Part shown: in pieces, positions 37,980-46,952 of the stretch
How the letters are laid out: each line of letters begins with the position of its first letter
Numbering within the stretch: the first letter of the stretch is position 1
DNA from: Spirochaetales bacterium
Lineage (GTDB): Bacteria; Spirochaetota; Spirochaetia; JABEVK01
Assembly: GCA_027451945.1 (NCBI GenBank)
Contig: DAIDHT010000033.1
Location: 4,245-68,244, forward strand
DNA length: 64,000 bases
Direction of reading: 5' to 3'
Program-made: the position numbers and the translations under genes
The notes under the pieces: model-generated
What the model was told of the DNA's origin: nothing
The model's database searches: none
Seen by the model: only the letters and a program-made list of their open reading frames with translations

Positions 37980-39161
37980 ATGAAAGTTTTTTTGCTCGCC
38001 TTTTTAGGCACCCTTTTAGTTAGCTCGTGTGCTACGGTTAGCCATCCTTCCCCCTCTCAAAGCCTACCGTCACCGGTACCTGAAAGTCCGAAACCCCAGG
38101 CCCTTTCTTTGACGTGGGAACCTGGGGCTCCGCCCTACCTGGCCGCAGGGTTTGTCACTCTTTCTGGTCAAAAGTTCTTGGTCATCGCCGATACTGGCTC
38201 ACCCTTCAGCTATATCTATCCTGCCGACGAAGCCCAGCGTTTTCTTAGGCAAGTCGGGCCACCCACACAGCAGGGCTCCAGGTCTTTCACCTTTAGTCAC
38301 CTCACCCTGGGAGGGGCAAGCTTTTCTGGTTTAACCCTTCGCATAGGCCGGTATCGTAGTGCCGGACGGGACTACCCCCGCGCCTTAGTCTTAGGTACCG
38401 ACGCGCTTGCTCAACACTGGTTGAGTTGGAAAGCGGGGACCCATACTCTGACAATTAGCCTCCAAAAGCCCCCTTTTCATGGGGTAGACCTGCCTTGTTC
38501 CCTGGTAGAACGCCAAGGGGCCGGCCCCACTTTAGTGCTTGAGGGGAATTTGGCCGGTCAACCTGCTCGCTTTTTGCTGGATACCGGCAACGGCTCGAGC
38601 TTTGCTCGGCTCCAAGGGGCCGCAGGCTCTGCCCCCATACCGGTCAGGGGCATGGGCCCCGGTGGCGACACCTGGAACCTTTCGTTGTATTCAAGCCCAC
38701 CACTCCAGCTGGGCGCTCTAAGCTGGCCAGAGCTTCCGGTGCTGGATGAGCCAGAGGGCGCCTTCGCAGGCCGTCTGGGGTTTAGCTTTTTTCGGGGTAC
38801 CGACTGGTGTAGCTTTTTGGGGCGGACGGCGACTCAGGCCCCTGAGTTTTTGGTCAAACCGGACCAACAGTGGCTGGCATCTAAAACTGCCTCTTATGGT
38901 TTTGGTTTGGGGCTTTATCTTATTGACGGCGGCTGGACGGTTATTGTTTCGGAAGTTCTTCCCGGACTAACAGGCTTACCCGCTCTTGGCTCACAGGTCA
39001 CAGCAGTCAACGGGGTCAAAGCAACGGGCGAAAACTTTCCTCAGATTTGGCAAGCTCTTCAGCAACCGGAACTTGCTCTGTCTTGGATTGAAGGGAACCA
39101 GCTTCTGACCCGCACCTTTCAGCGAACGGTACTGACTACTCCTGGGGAGGACGCTCTTTAA
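37980..39161 (+). CDS. lipoprotein with two retropepsin-like aspartyl protease motifs and a C-terminal PDZ domain
   Basis: Lipobox LVSSC. Two hydrophobic-DTG motifs (VIADTGSPFSYIY and FLLDTGNGSSFARL) about 140 aa apart. C-terminal GFGLGLYLIDGGWTVIVSEVLPGLTG...VTAVNG is PDZ-like. Confidence 0.55.
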   Translation: MKVFLLAFLGTLLVSSCATVSHPSPSQSLPSPVPESPKPQALSLTWEPGAPPYLAAGFVTLSGQKFLVIADTGSPFSYIYPADEAQRFLRQVGPPTQQGSRSFTFSHLTLGGASFSGLTLRIGRYRSAGRDYPRALVLGTDALAQHWLSWKAGTHTLTISLQKPPFHGVDLPCSLVERQGAGPTLVLEGNLAGQPARFLLDTGNGSSFARLQGAAGSAPIPVRGMGPGGDTWNLSLYSSPPLQLGALSWPELPVLDEPEGAFAGRLGFSFFRGTDWCSFLGRTATQAPEFLVKPDQQWLASKTASYGFGLGLYLIDGGWTVIVSEVLPGLTGLPALGSQVTAVNGVKATGENFPQIWQALQQPELALSWIEGNQLLTRTFQRTVLTTPGEDAL

Positions 39162-40707
39162 CAAAGAATTGCATCAGCTGAACGAAGTTATAGATAAGCT
39201 TATAGGTATCGGTCATCCATTCGTGCAGTTTGCGGTCGGTTGAGGCCTCAAGTGACTTCCAGTTGAGGATAAGTTCATGTTTGGTTTTCGCATGATCGTC
39301 GATGGCCATCTTGAGGTGTTTGCCAATGATCACCAAGTGTGTTGCGGCCTCGGTAATAATAGCTCGGGCCCCACTGTTGATGTCTTTCAGCTGTTGCTTG
39401 AGCGAAATCATCGCGTTTTGGTCTTTATCCGAGCGGGTAAGAAGAACCTTGAGCTTTTGCCCTCGTTCGGCGTCCTCAGCCAAAGACTCGTCAAAAGTGG
39501 TGAGGTTGTCAGAAACTTCCATGAGGCTATGAAAGGACTCGGACATGGGTTGGGCCATGGCGTTTGACATCCATTGCCCTTTGACGAGGAGCAAGTTGAC
39601 AAGTTCCCGGATATCGCGTTTGTAAAAATCTAACAAAAAAGCCTTGAGGTAGTTCAACGGCTCAACAAAGAGGTAGCCGGACACCCGTTTCTTCGAGAAG
39701 CCTATATTGGCTTTTTCGGTGTAGTTCTTCGTTCGACTGATGCCTGTCGTGCCAAAAACCTGTTGAATCAAATTGTTGAGTTTATCGTTGCGCCGTTCTT
39801 CGGCAATCTTGGCCAAAACCGATTCAGCTTGATTTTTGACTTGCGTTAAGTAAGCCTCGACGATTCGTTCCGAAGGGAATTCGGACTTTGGTTGGTAGAA
39901 AGGGTCTTTGCCCATGTATTGAATGATCTGTAAGAGGATGCCAGAACGCCGAATCGCCGCCAGCGAAGCTAAAAACTTTTTCCAGCCAGGGCGACTGAGT
40001 ACTTCCAAATTCTTGTACGATTTAAGCACATCAAACAGGCCATCCCAATCGGCCGAGGCCGAAAGCGGACCACTTACAGTTAAAAAATCTTTGAGGTCTT
40101 CGACCACATATTCGCCGTTAATCGGCTCAAACCGAGGCAGGTAACCAAAGTCTCGTTCCGGAAGCATCGAATCAAACTTTTTGAGCAAAAAATAGAAGTT
40201 GAACGTGATAAAATCAATAAAGGTCAAAAAGAGGTTGTACTGCGTATCGATCTTTTTTTGAGTTTCGATCTCTAAAGCGGCGGTGTAGTCGACCAGGCTT
40301 GTGCGAACGCGGTCAAGAAGTTGTTCATGAGGCAGGGTTTTGGCCAGCTCACGAATTCCAGCTTCCGTCAACTCTTCTTGCAGGGCCTTTTGACTGGCCG
40401 TCAGAACCTGCTCAATAAAGATCATTTTCAAAGCTTGCGAGGTCGCAGCGTTCTGAAGCAAGGTTTGGGCCGAGCCAATGACACCGTAAACCTCATAAAA
40501 AAATTTGGCGAGCCCAACATCAACCTGATCGGGCATTTTGACAAACTTTCCGTGCGATTTTTTGAGCTGAGTCTTTAAATCTTTTAAAAGAGCCTTCTTT
40601 TCCCGTTCAGGATCAGGCTCCATGCCCAGAAGCGAGAGGACGCGATCAAACCACCCAAGGGGTTGATCGGACTTAGGGTTGGACTTTTGCGTCGGGGCTT
40701 TTGCCAT
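39136..40707 (-). CDS. hypothetical protein (~523 aa), Lys/Glu-rich helical
   Basis: Long ORF, probably starting at the ATG at 40707 (MAKAPTQK) behind GAGAGAGA. No recognisable motif. GC is slightly lower than in the neighbours. Confidence 0.5.
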   Translation of the reverse strand: MAKAPTQKSNPKSDQPLGWFDRVLSLLGMEPDPEREKKALLKDLKTQLKKSHGKFVKMPDQVDVGLAKFFYEVYGVIGSAQTLLQNAATSQALKMIFIEQVLTASQKALQEELTEAGIRELAKTLPHEQLLDRVRTSLVDYTAALEIETQKKIDTQYNLFLTFIDFITFNFYFLLKKFDSMLPERDFGYLPRFEPINGEYVVEDLKDFLTVSGPLSASADWDGLFDVLKSYKNLEVLSRPGWKKFLASLAAIRRSGILLQIIQYMGKDPFYQPKSEFPSERIVEAYLTQVKNQAESVLAKIAEERRNDKLNNLIQQVFGTTGISRTKNYTEKANIGFSKKRVSGYLFVEPLNYLKAFLLDFYKRDIRELVNLLLVKGQWMSNAMAQPMSESFHSLMEVSDNLTTFDESLAEDAERGQKLKVLLTRSDKDQNAMISLKQQLKDINSGARAIITEAATHLVIIGKHLKMAIDDHAKTKHELILNWKSLEASTDRKLHEWMTDTYKLIYNFVQLMQFFVKERPPQE

Positions 40708-40785
40708 AGTATCTCTCTCTATCATCAGCTAAGGAGTGGCTGGCTGTCAATTGACAAGGGAGGTGGAAACTGTTAGGAAAAAAAC

Positions 40786-42078
40786 ATGCACCCCCTCGCT
40801 GAAGAACTTAATGCCCTTTTAGCACCCACAGTTGTGGGTCGCACGCTGACCAAGTTCGGCCGGCGCATTTATTTTCCGCGTGGTATTGTCGCGCAATCCG
40901 CCGAGGCGAAAAAATCCGCAACCACTTTTAATGCCACAGTGGGAATCGCCATGACTGATGGCGAACCCATGATTTTACCCACGATTCAAGACAACCTCCC
41001 AAGGTTATCGCCCTCAGAAGCCACCGATTACGCCCCCACGGGTGGTGACGCCCGCCTTCGGACGCTGTGGAAAACCTCTCTGCTCGCCAAAAACCCCCAG
41101 CTGAGTGACGACAAGCTGTCTCTGCCGGCGGTGGTCCCCGGGATTACGGCAGGAATCTCGTTGGCGGCCGATCTTTTTATTGATGAAGACGACTGTGTTG
41201 TTTTTTCTGACCTGTGCTGGGACAACTACCCGCTAATCTTTGACACCCGGGCTCAGGCCCACTGCGTGACGTTTTCGCTGTTCACCCCCGAAAACAAACT
41301 CAATGTCAAAGGAATTGTCGACACCCTGAGGTCAAACGCCCGCCGCAATAAAGCGGTTCTGGTTTTGAACTTTCCGCACAACCCCACGGGCTACACTCCT
41401 ACCGAGACGGAGGCCCAAGACTTAGCAGGCCAGCTTACGGCTCTTGCTGCCGAAGGCCTCAATCTTGTGGTCTTTTTTGATGACGCCTATTTTGGCCTCT
41501 TTTACGAAAAGGATGTTTACAAGCATTCCCTTTTCAACCTCCTCTACAATGCCCATGAAAACTTGTTGGCGGTAAAGCTTGATGGGGCAACCAAAGAAGA
41601 CTACGTTTGGGGCTTTCGCGTTGCGTTTTTGACCCTGGCTGCAAAGGGTTTATCAGCTGAGCACTTTTCGGCCCTCGACCAAAAAATCTTGGGGACCATC
41701 CGTACTGTGATGTCCAATTCCAGCCGTGTCGGTCAGACGCTCCTGTACAAAGAGCTGTCGAGCTTGGTTTATCATGGTATCAAAGACAAGTTCGCCAAAG
41801 TCTTGGAAGAGCGCTACCGGTCGGTACGAGCCCTTGTGACAACCGCTCCAGCAGTTTTACGGCCCCTCCCCTTTAACTCAGGCTATTTTATGACGTTTGA
41901 ACTTCTCAAAGGGGACGCCGAAGTTTTACGAAAAGAGCTTCTGCGCACTGAAGGGATTGGGACTATCGCCCTGCAGGGCCGCTATTTGCGAATAGCCTAC
42001 TCGTCGGTCGACAATCGGGACTTGACCGAGTTGTACACGACGATCTTTGCTGTAGCGGCACGGTTGTTTTCGGCATGA
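40786..42078 (+). CDS. aminotransferase class I/II (PLP-dependent)
   Basis: NFPHNPTGYTPT (the NPxNPTG pattern) and overall fold-type I aminotransferase length. Confidence 0.75.
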   Translation: MHPLAEELNALLAPTVVGRTLTKFGRRIYFPRGIVAQSAEAKKSATTFNATVGIAMTDGEPMILPTIQDNLPRLSPSEATDYAPTGGDARLRTLWKTSLLAKNPQLSDDKLSLPAVVPGITAGISLAADLFIDEDDCVVFSDLCWDNYPLIFDTRAQAHCVTFSLFTPENKLNVKGIVDTLRSNARRNKAVLVLNFPHNPTGYTPTETEAQDLAGQLTALAAEGLNLVVFFDDAYFGLFYEKDVYKHSLFNLLYNAHENLLAVKLDGATKEDYVWGFRVAFLTLAAKGLSAEHFSALDQKILGTIRTVMSNSSRVGQTLLYKELSSLVYHGIKDKFAKVLEERYRSVRALVTTAPAVLRPLPFNSGYFMTFELLKGDAEVLRKELLRTEGIGTIALQGRYLRIAYSSVDNRDLTELYTTIFAVAARLFSA

Positions 42079-43304
42079 AAAAGTCTGGTCTTGGGCTTTT
42101 GTTGTGGGGAGCATTGCTGGTTTTGGCCACCTCTTGCCAAGCCTACACCCATGTTTCTACCTTATGGACCAATATCCCCGACATCGCAGGCTACGTCGCC
42201 AAGTTCAATGCTGAGCAAAAGCAATGGCAAATCCTGCTCGAATACCAAGCCCACCCAGCACGCCAGCTCCTTACCCCAGGCCCGAAAGCCGATCTGGTCA
42301 TAGCCCGGGGGCTGAATAGCAACGAGGTACGTAACAACCTCACGTCCCTAGCCTTTCTCTTTGACAGGGGTGGAATTACCAAAGCCCAGTTTTACCCTCA
42401 ACTTCTCGCCTCTGGCTCGGACGGCGACACACCCTTATTGATTCCGTTAAGTTTTGACCTGCCAATTCTCGTCTTTCGTCGTGGTGCTTTAGACAACCCG
42501 GACGGCTTGCTTCTTTCTTTCTCGGCGCTTCAAGCGTACAGCAAAAAGTTTGATACGTCGGCCCCCCCTGGTTTTAATCGGTTTGCCTTTTCACCGCGCT
42601 GGGACAACTTTGCTCTGACAGCCCTTGAAGCCGAGGGGGTTTCGTTCGGAGAAGACTTTCGGGGACGCCTGTCGTGGGATGAGGGCCGGCTCAACTCCGG
42701 GGTGACTGGTCTGCAAACCTGGATTCAAGGCTTAGACCCGGCTCGCGAAAAAGACTTTACCCGAAAGTACCAAGAGAGCAACCCTTTGCAAATGCTCCAA
42801 GAAGGCCGCGAGCTCTTTACCGCTTCGACACTTAAAAGCTTTATAACCCTTCCTGAATACGAACGACAAGGCTTGGAATTTCGCTACCCGGACGATGGGC
42901 AGGGCATTCCCGCCGAAGATAGCATTGTCTGGGCCGGTATTCCCTCAAGTGCAGTAACACGAGCGGCCGCCCAGGCCTTTTTGACTTGGTATTTTCAAGA
43001 GAAAACTCAAAAAGAGCTTGCCTTAGAGACGCATGCCAAGGATACTCGTGGGTTTGGCTTGGCCTCGGGGTTAGATTCGTTAATCAAGGTAAATGATCAG
43101 GTGCTTCCTCGTTTGTACCCCGCTTTAACCGGTCGCGTACCTCCGCCATCCTTAGTGAGCTTTCCGCCTCCTCGGCCCCTTGAATGGGCCCAGCTAAAGC
43201 GAAAAGTGCTCTCACCGTGGCTTGATCAAAGGCTTCTAGGCGACCAAAAACAAAACCTCAACGATGACGTGGAACGCTGGTATCGCGAGTCAGCTCCTCA
43301 ATAA
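42075..43304 (+). CDS. lipoprotein, putative ABC-type solute-binding protein
   Basis: Lipobox LATSC. Its ~400-aa size and position directly upstream of an MsmK/MalK-type ATPase suggest an SBP role. The assignment is weak. Confidence 0.4.
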   Translation: MKKSGLGLLLWGALLVLATSCQAYTHVSTLWTNIPDIAGYVAKFNAEQKQWQILLEYQAHPARQLLTPGPKADLVIARGLNSNEVRNNLTSLAFLFDRGGITKAQFYPQLLASGSDGDTPLLIPLSFDLPILVFRRGALDNPDGLLLSFSALQAYSKKFDTSAPPGFNRFAFSPRWDNFALTALEAEGVSFGEDFRGRLSWDEGRLNSGVTGLQTWIQGLDPAREKDFTRKYQESNPLQMLQEGRELFTASTLKSFITLPEYERQGLEFRYPDDGQGIPAEDSIVWAGIPSSAVTRAAAQAFLTWYFQEKTQKELALETHAKDTRGFGLASGLDSLIKVNDQVLPRLYPALTGRVPPPSLVSFPPPRPLEWAQLKRKVLSPWLDQRLLGDQKQNLNDDVERWYRESAPQ

Positions 43305-43322
43305 GAGTCAGCTCCTCAATAA
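43287..43322 (+). repeat. perfect 18-bp tandem duplication GAGTCAGCTCCTCAATAA x2 spanning the stop codon of the preceding gene
   Basis: Read directly. The first copy encodes ESAPQ-stop and the second follows immediately. Confidence 0.9.
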
Positions 43323-43397
43323 CTTTTCTCGGGCGTTGACAGTTTACCGGTTTGACCTCACAATGAAACTCTAAACTAACCTCAATGGAGGCCTTGA

Positions 43398-44519
43398 ATG
43401 GCTGAAGTCGTTCTCAAGAACATCACCAAACTTTACGAAGGTGATGTCAAAGCCGTCGATAGTGTGAACATTCACATCAACGACAAAGAATTCTGCGTTT
43501 TCGTCGGACCTTCGGGCTGTGGCAAAACCACGACCCTTCGTATGATTGCCGGCCTGGAAGACATTTCGGGTGGTGAACTCTACATTGACGGCAAGGTCGT
43601 TAACGATCTGGCTCCGAAGGACCGGGACATAGCGATGGTTTTCCAAAACTACGCTTTGTACCCCCATATGTCAGTGTTCGAGAACATGGCCTTTGGTTTG
43701 CGCATCCGCAAGTACCCCCAACAAGAGATTCAGAACCGCGTTAAAGAAGCGGCTCAGATTCTGGATATCGAAGCTCTGCTCGACCGCAAGCCCAAGGCTC
43801 TGTCCGGTGGTCAGCGTCAACGTGTGGCTGTCGGCCGCGCCATCGTCCGCAAGCCCAAGGTATTCCTTTTTGACGAACCCTTGTCCAACCTGGACGCCAA
43901 GCTCCGTGTTCAGATGCGTGCCGAAATTTCGGCTCTGCACACCCGCCTGCAGGCAACAATGATCTACGTTACCCACGACCAAGTCGAGGCTATGACCATG
44001 GGCGACAAGATCGTTGTTCTGAAAGATGGCTTGATTCAGCAAATCGGCACTCCTTTAGGTCTGTACAACCACCCCATCAACCGCTTCGTTGCGGGCTTCA
44101 TTGGCTCTCCTCCGATGAATATTATGACCGTGGATGTCGTCGACAAAAGCGGTAAAGTGACTCTGGAAGAAGGTTCGTTTAGCCTTACCGTCGAAGGTGC
44201 CCAGGCCGAAGGTCTTCGCCCCTATGTTGGCAAGCAGATTCTCTTCGGTATTCGCCCCGAGAACCTGATGTTCCAGCCTCAGGCCGGTGCCAAGAACGAC
44301 ATGAGTACCAACATTGAAGTCGTTGAGCCCCTTGGTGCTGAAATTCACCTCTATGTCGGAACTCAGAACCATCAGATGGTCGCCACCGTTGATCCCAACT
44401 ACCAATTCCATGTTGGGGATGTGGCCCACTTTGTTCCTAACCTTGAAAAAGCTCACTTCTTTGACATGGAAACTGAAAAAGCTATCATGTTCAACGAAGA
44501 AGCCGCACGTACCCTCTAA
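43398..44519 (+). CDS. msmK: sugar ABC transporter ATP-binding protein (MalK/MsmK/UgpC type)
   Basis: Walker A GPSGCGKTT, signature LSGGQRQRVAVGRAI, Walker B VFLFDEPLSNLD and a C-terminal TOBE-like regulatory domain. GGAGG SD. Confidence 0.85.
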   Translation: MAEVVLKNITKLYEGDVKAVDSVNIHINDKEFCVFVGPSGCGKTTTLRMIAGLEDISGGELYIDGKVVNDLAPKDRDIAMVFQNYALYPHMSVFENMAFGLRIRKYPQQEIQNRVKEAAQILDIEALLDRKPKALSGGQRQRVAVGRAIVRKPKVFLFDEPLSNLDAKLRVQMRAEISALHTRLQATMIYVTHDQVEAMTMGDKIVVLKDGLIQQIGTPLGLYNHPINRFVAGFIGSPPMNIMTVDVVDKSGKVTLEEGSFSLTVEGAQAEGLRPYVGKQILFGIRPENLMFQPQAGAKNDMSTNIEVVEPLGAEIHLYVGTQNHQMVATVDPNYQFHVGDVAHFVPNLEKAHFFDMETEKAIMFNEEAARTL

Positions 44520-44570
44520 ACTTCTCACTCCCGAGTTCACCCCTGGTGTCTCGGGAGTGTAGTTAAAACC

Positions 44571-44596
44571 AAAGCCCCCGCGGGGGCTTTTTTATT
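44571..44596 (+). terminator. Rho-independent terminator, potentially bidirectional
   Basis: AAAGCCCCCG-CGGGGGCTTTTTT. It is preceded at 44526-44559 by a second perfect 10-bp hairpin CACTCCCGAG...CTCGGGAGTG. Confidence 0.7.
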
Positions 44597-44653
44597 CTGT
44601 CACCTTCGTGAAAATCTCTTGACCTTGCGCAAATCTCCCCCTAGGGTAATGCT

Positions 44654-45934
44654 GTGAATTCTTTCCCCCTTATCTCAAAGCCCGAGCTTTTGTCGCCAGC
44701 GGGCAATCTTGAAAAGCTAAAGTATGCCTTTGCGTATGGGGCCGACGCCGTGTATGTCGGGGCTCCTAAGTTCTCACTTAGATCTCGGGCCGACGAGCTG
44801 ACCTACCAAGATTTTGCCGAAGGATTATCTTGGGCCCATGAGCGTGGAAAACAAGTCTATCTCGCCGCCAACCTGCTGGCCCACGATGAGGACCTCGTTC
44901 CCTTTCAAGAGTTCATGGCCGAGCTGGCGCCTCTCGGCTTTGACGGCATCATCGTGGCCGACCTCGGCCTTTTGGATTGGGTTCGCACGCACTACCCCGA
45001 CCTTGCGGTTCACGTTAGTACCCAAGCGAATACGACAAACTCTTGGACTGCCCGGTTTTACGAACGACTGGGGGTCAAACGGCTTGTCTTAGCACGCGAG
45101 CTTTCATTAGACGCGATTCGCGGCCTTCGTGATGCCGTAAGCCTAGAACTCGAAGCCTTTGTGCACGGCGCCATGTGCATCAGCTACTCGGGGCGGTGTC
45201 TCTTATCGAACTACTTTTCGACGGAGCACCCCAAAGCAGGTGGCGTTCGCGACGCCAACCGAGGTGATTGCTCGCAGGTTTGCCGTTGGGAATTTGCCCT
45301 TACGGAACAATCGCGTCCTGAAGTGTTGTTGCCGATTGAAGAAGACGCTTACGGAACCGCCATCCTTAGTTCTCGTGACCTGAACATGTCAGCTCATGTT
45401 CAGGAACTTCTAGAAGCAGGGGTGAACTCCTTCAAAATTGAAGGCCGGATGAAAAGCGCCTGGTACACCGCTTCGGCGACCCGCGTCTACCGCCATGCCT
45501 TGGATCGAGCCATGGCCGCGCAGGTCCCCGACGAGGCCGTTCTTGCGGAACTACAGCTACTCAGCCGGCGTGAATATACCACGGGATTTTATTTTCAAAC
45601 GGATCGTAAAACAGACGCTGACGGGCAACTTCGCGGTCAACCTCATCGAAACAGCCTGCAAGACCGACGTTTGTTAGCTTTAGTTGAAGGCCTAGAAGCA
45701 GGCGAAGCCGTCTGTCGTGCCTTGAATACCCTTCGTGAGGGGCAAAATGTCCTTGCGATGAACCCTGGCCGCGCCGATCAAGGGCTGACTGCCGACGAAC
45801 TTTTTGTTGAGGGTGAACGACGTGCCATGGTACGTATTGGTGAGCGGTTTATCCTGCGCCGTTCGGGAGAAGCCGAGAGCGTGCTTGAGGAGTTCGGGAT
45901 TCTTTTGGCTCCCTCTCCAAAAGAAATTCTTTAA
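44654..45934 (+). CDS. peptidase U32 family protein
   Basis: N-terminal ELLSPAGNLEKLKYAFAYGADAVYVG and the E-X-F-X-H-G-A-X-C region (EAFVHGAMCISYSGRCLLS) typical of U32 proteins. GTG start. Confidence 0.8.
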   Translation: MNSFPLISKPELLSPAGNLEKLKYAFAYGADAVYVGAPKFSLRSRADELTYQDFAEGLSWAHERGKQVYLAANLLAHDEDLVPFQEFMAELAPLGFDGIIVADLGLLDWVRTHYPDLAVHVSTQANTTNSWTARFYERLGVKRLVLARELSLDAIRGLRDAVSLELEAFVHGAMCISYSGRCLLSNYFSTEHPKAGGVRDANRGDCSQVCRWEFALTEQSRPEVLLPIEEDAYGTAILSSRDLNMSAHVQELLEAGVNSFKIEGRMKSAWYTASATRVYRHALDRAMAAQVPDEAVLAELQLLSRREYTTGFYFQTDRKTDADGQLRGQPHRNSLQDRRLLALVEGLEAGEAVCRALNTLREGQNVLAMNPGRADQGLTADELFVEGERRAMVRIGERFILRRSGEAESVLEEFGILLAPSPKEIL

Positions 45935-45973
45935 AATGCAATAATTTGCCTGATCCATCGTCGTATTTAGTGA

Positions 45974-46498
45974 ATGCGCAAAAGCACAGACCTAAACCTG
46001 CAGAAACAAAAGCTGACCGTCCTGTACGAGAGCGAAAGAGGCGCCCTTGTTCGCACCGTCACAGGCCGACTCAGCCAGCGTAAGACCGAGGCCGAGGACA
46101 TAGTCCAAGATGCCTTTGTCAAACTGTGGGAAGCCAACCTCGACCCGATAGAGAATTTGGCAGGCTATGTCTTTACCGCCGTGTCCAATCGGGTTCGCGA
46201 CTGGTTTCGCCGAAAAACTTTGCAACAAGAGGATCTTTCACCAGAATGGGCCGAGCTGATCGCCGATACCCAGAGCGACCAGGTATCAGCCCTAGAAAAC
46301 CAGGAGCGCATGCAGGCCCTTTGGTCGGCAATTGACGATCTGCCGAGTTCGCAAAAAGCAGTTCTCATCGCTACCGAAATCGAAGGCTGGACATTTGAAG
46401 AACTTGCTGATCTTTGGGACGAGCCCTTAGGCACTTTGCTCTCACGCAAACATAGGGCTGTGAAAACTTTGCGCAAAAATCTTAAGCGGCTTTTTTAG
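45974..46498 (+). CDS. RNA polymerase ECF-type sigma-70 factor
   Basis: Region 2 (DIVQDAFVKLWEAN) and region 4 HTH (QKAVLIATEIEGWTFEELADLWDEPLGTLLSRKHRAVKTLRKNL). Confidence 0.8.
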   Translation: MRKSTDLNLQKQKLTVLYESERGALVRTVTGRLSQRKTEAEDIVQDAFVKLWEANLDPIENLAGYVFTAVSNRVRDWFRRKTLQQEDLSPEWAELIADTQSDQVSALENQERMQALWSAIDDLPSSQKAVLIATEIEGWTFEELADLWDEPLGTLLSRKHRAVKTLRKNLKRLF

Positions 46499-46511
46499 CC
46501 AGGAGGACCTT

Positions 46512-46880
46512 ATGCATACTTTTTTTCGTCGACGAACCATGACCCCAGGCCGGCACTTTGCTCGGGGCGCCGGGATAGCTTTACTGATTATTGCAGCCTT
46601 GATCGCTTTTTCTGCCCTGACTCAGCTGCTCTGGAACGCCGTGATTCCGCCTGTGATCGGTTGGAAGAGTCTCACCTTTTTTCAGGCGATGGGCCTTCTT
46701 GTTCTGGCCAAAATCCTGATCGGGTTCGGCGGACCACGCCACCGTCAGGCTTTTGGCCCTTGGGGACGCCCCGGTTGGGGACGAGAGGAATGGCGCAACT
46801 ACCACAATTTCTGGAAAGAAGAAGGGGAGCAAGCCTTCAAAGCCTACCTTGAACGCCAGAAGTCCGAACCTCGCGAGTAA
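46512..46880 (+). CDS. small membrane protein (122 aa, two TM segments), hypothetical
   Basis: AGGAGG SD. It sits immediately downstream of the ECF sigma gene, where an anti-sigma factor would be expected, but no anti-sigma domain is recognisable. Confidence 0.45.
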   Translation: MHTFFRRRTMTPGRHFARGAGIALLIIAALIAFSALTQLLWNAVIPPVIGWKSLTFFQAMGLLVLAKILIGFGGPRHRQAFGPWGRPGWGREEWRNYHNFWKEEGEQAFKAYLERQKSEPRE

Positions 46881-46882
46881 AA

Positions 46883-46952
46883 TCTCCTCCTGCCTTTTGT
46901 TTATTAGTTGTTTACAATATATGTTTTTTACAATATAACAAAGACAGGAGGA
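46883..46952 (+). promoter_or_regulatory. long imperfect inverted repeat that sequesters the SD of the downstream transporter, with an AT-rich loop carrying two TTTACAATATA direct repeats
   Basis: UCCUCCUG (46885-92) pairs perfectly with CAGGAGGA (46945-52), the SD of the ACR3-like gene, and the pairing extends to about 15 bp with one mismatch and one bulge. The loop holds TTTACAATATA at 46911-21 and 46927-37. Confidence 0.5.

Noticed and set aside
43287-43322. 18-bp direct repeat considered as a CRISPR or minisatellite.
   Set aside because: There are only two copies, with no spacers. It is a simple tandem duplication.
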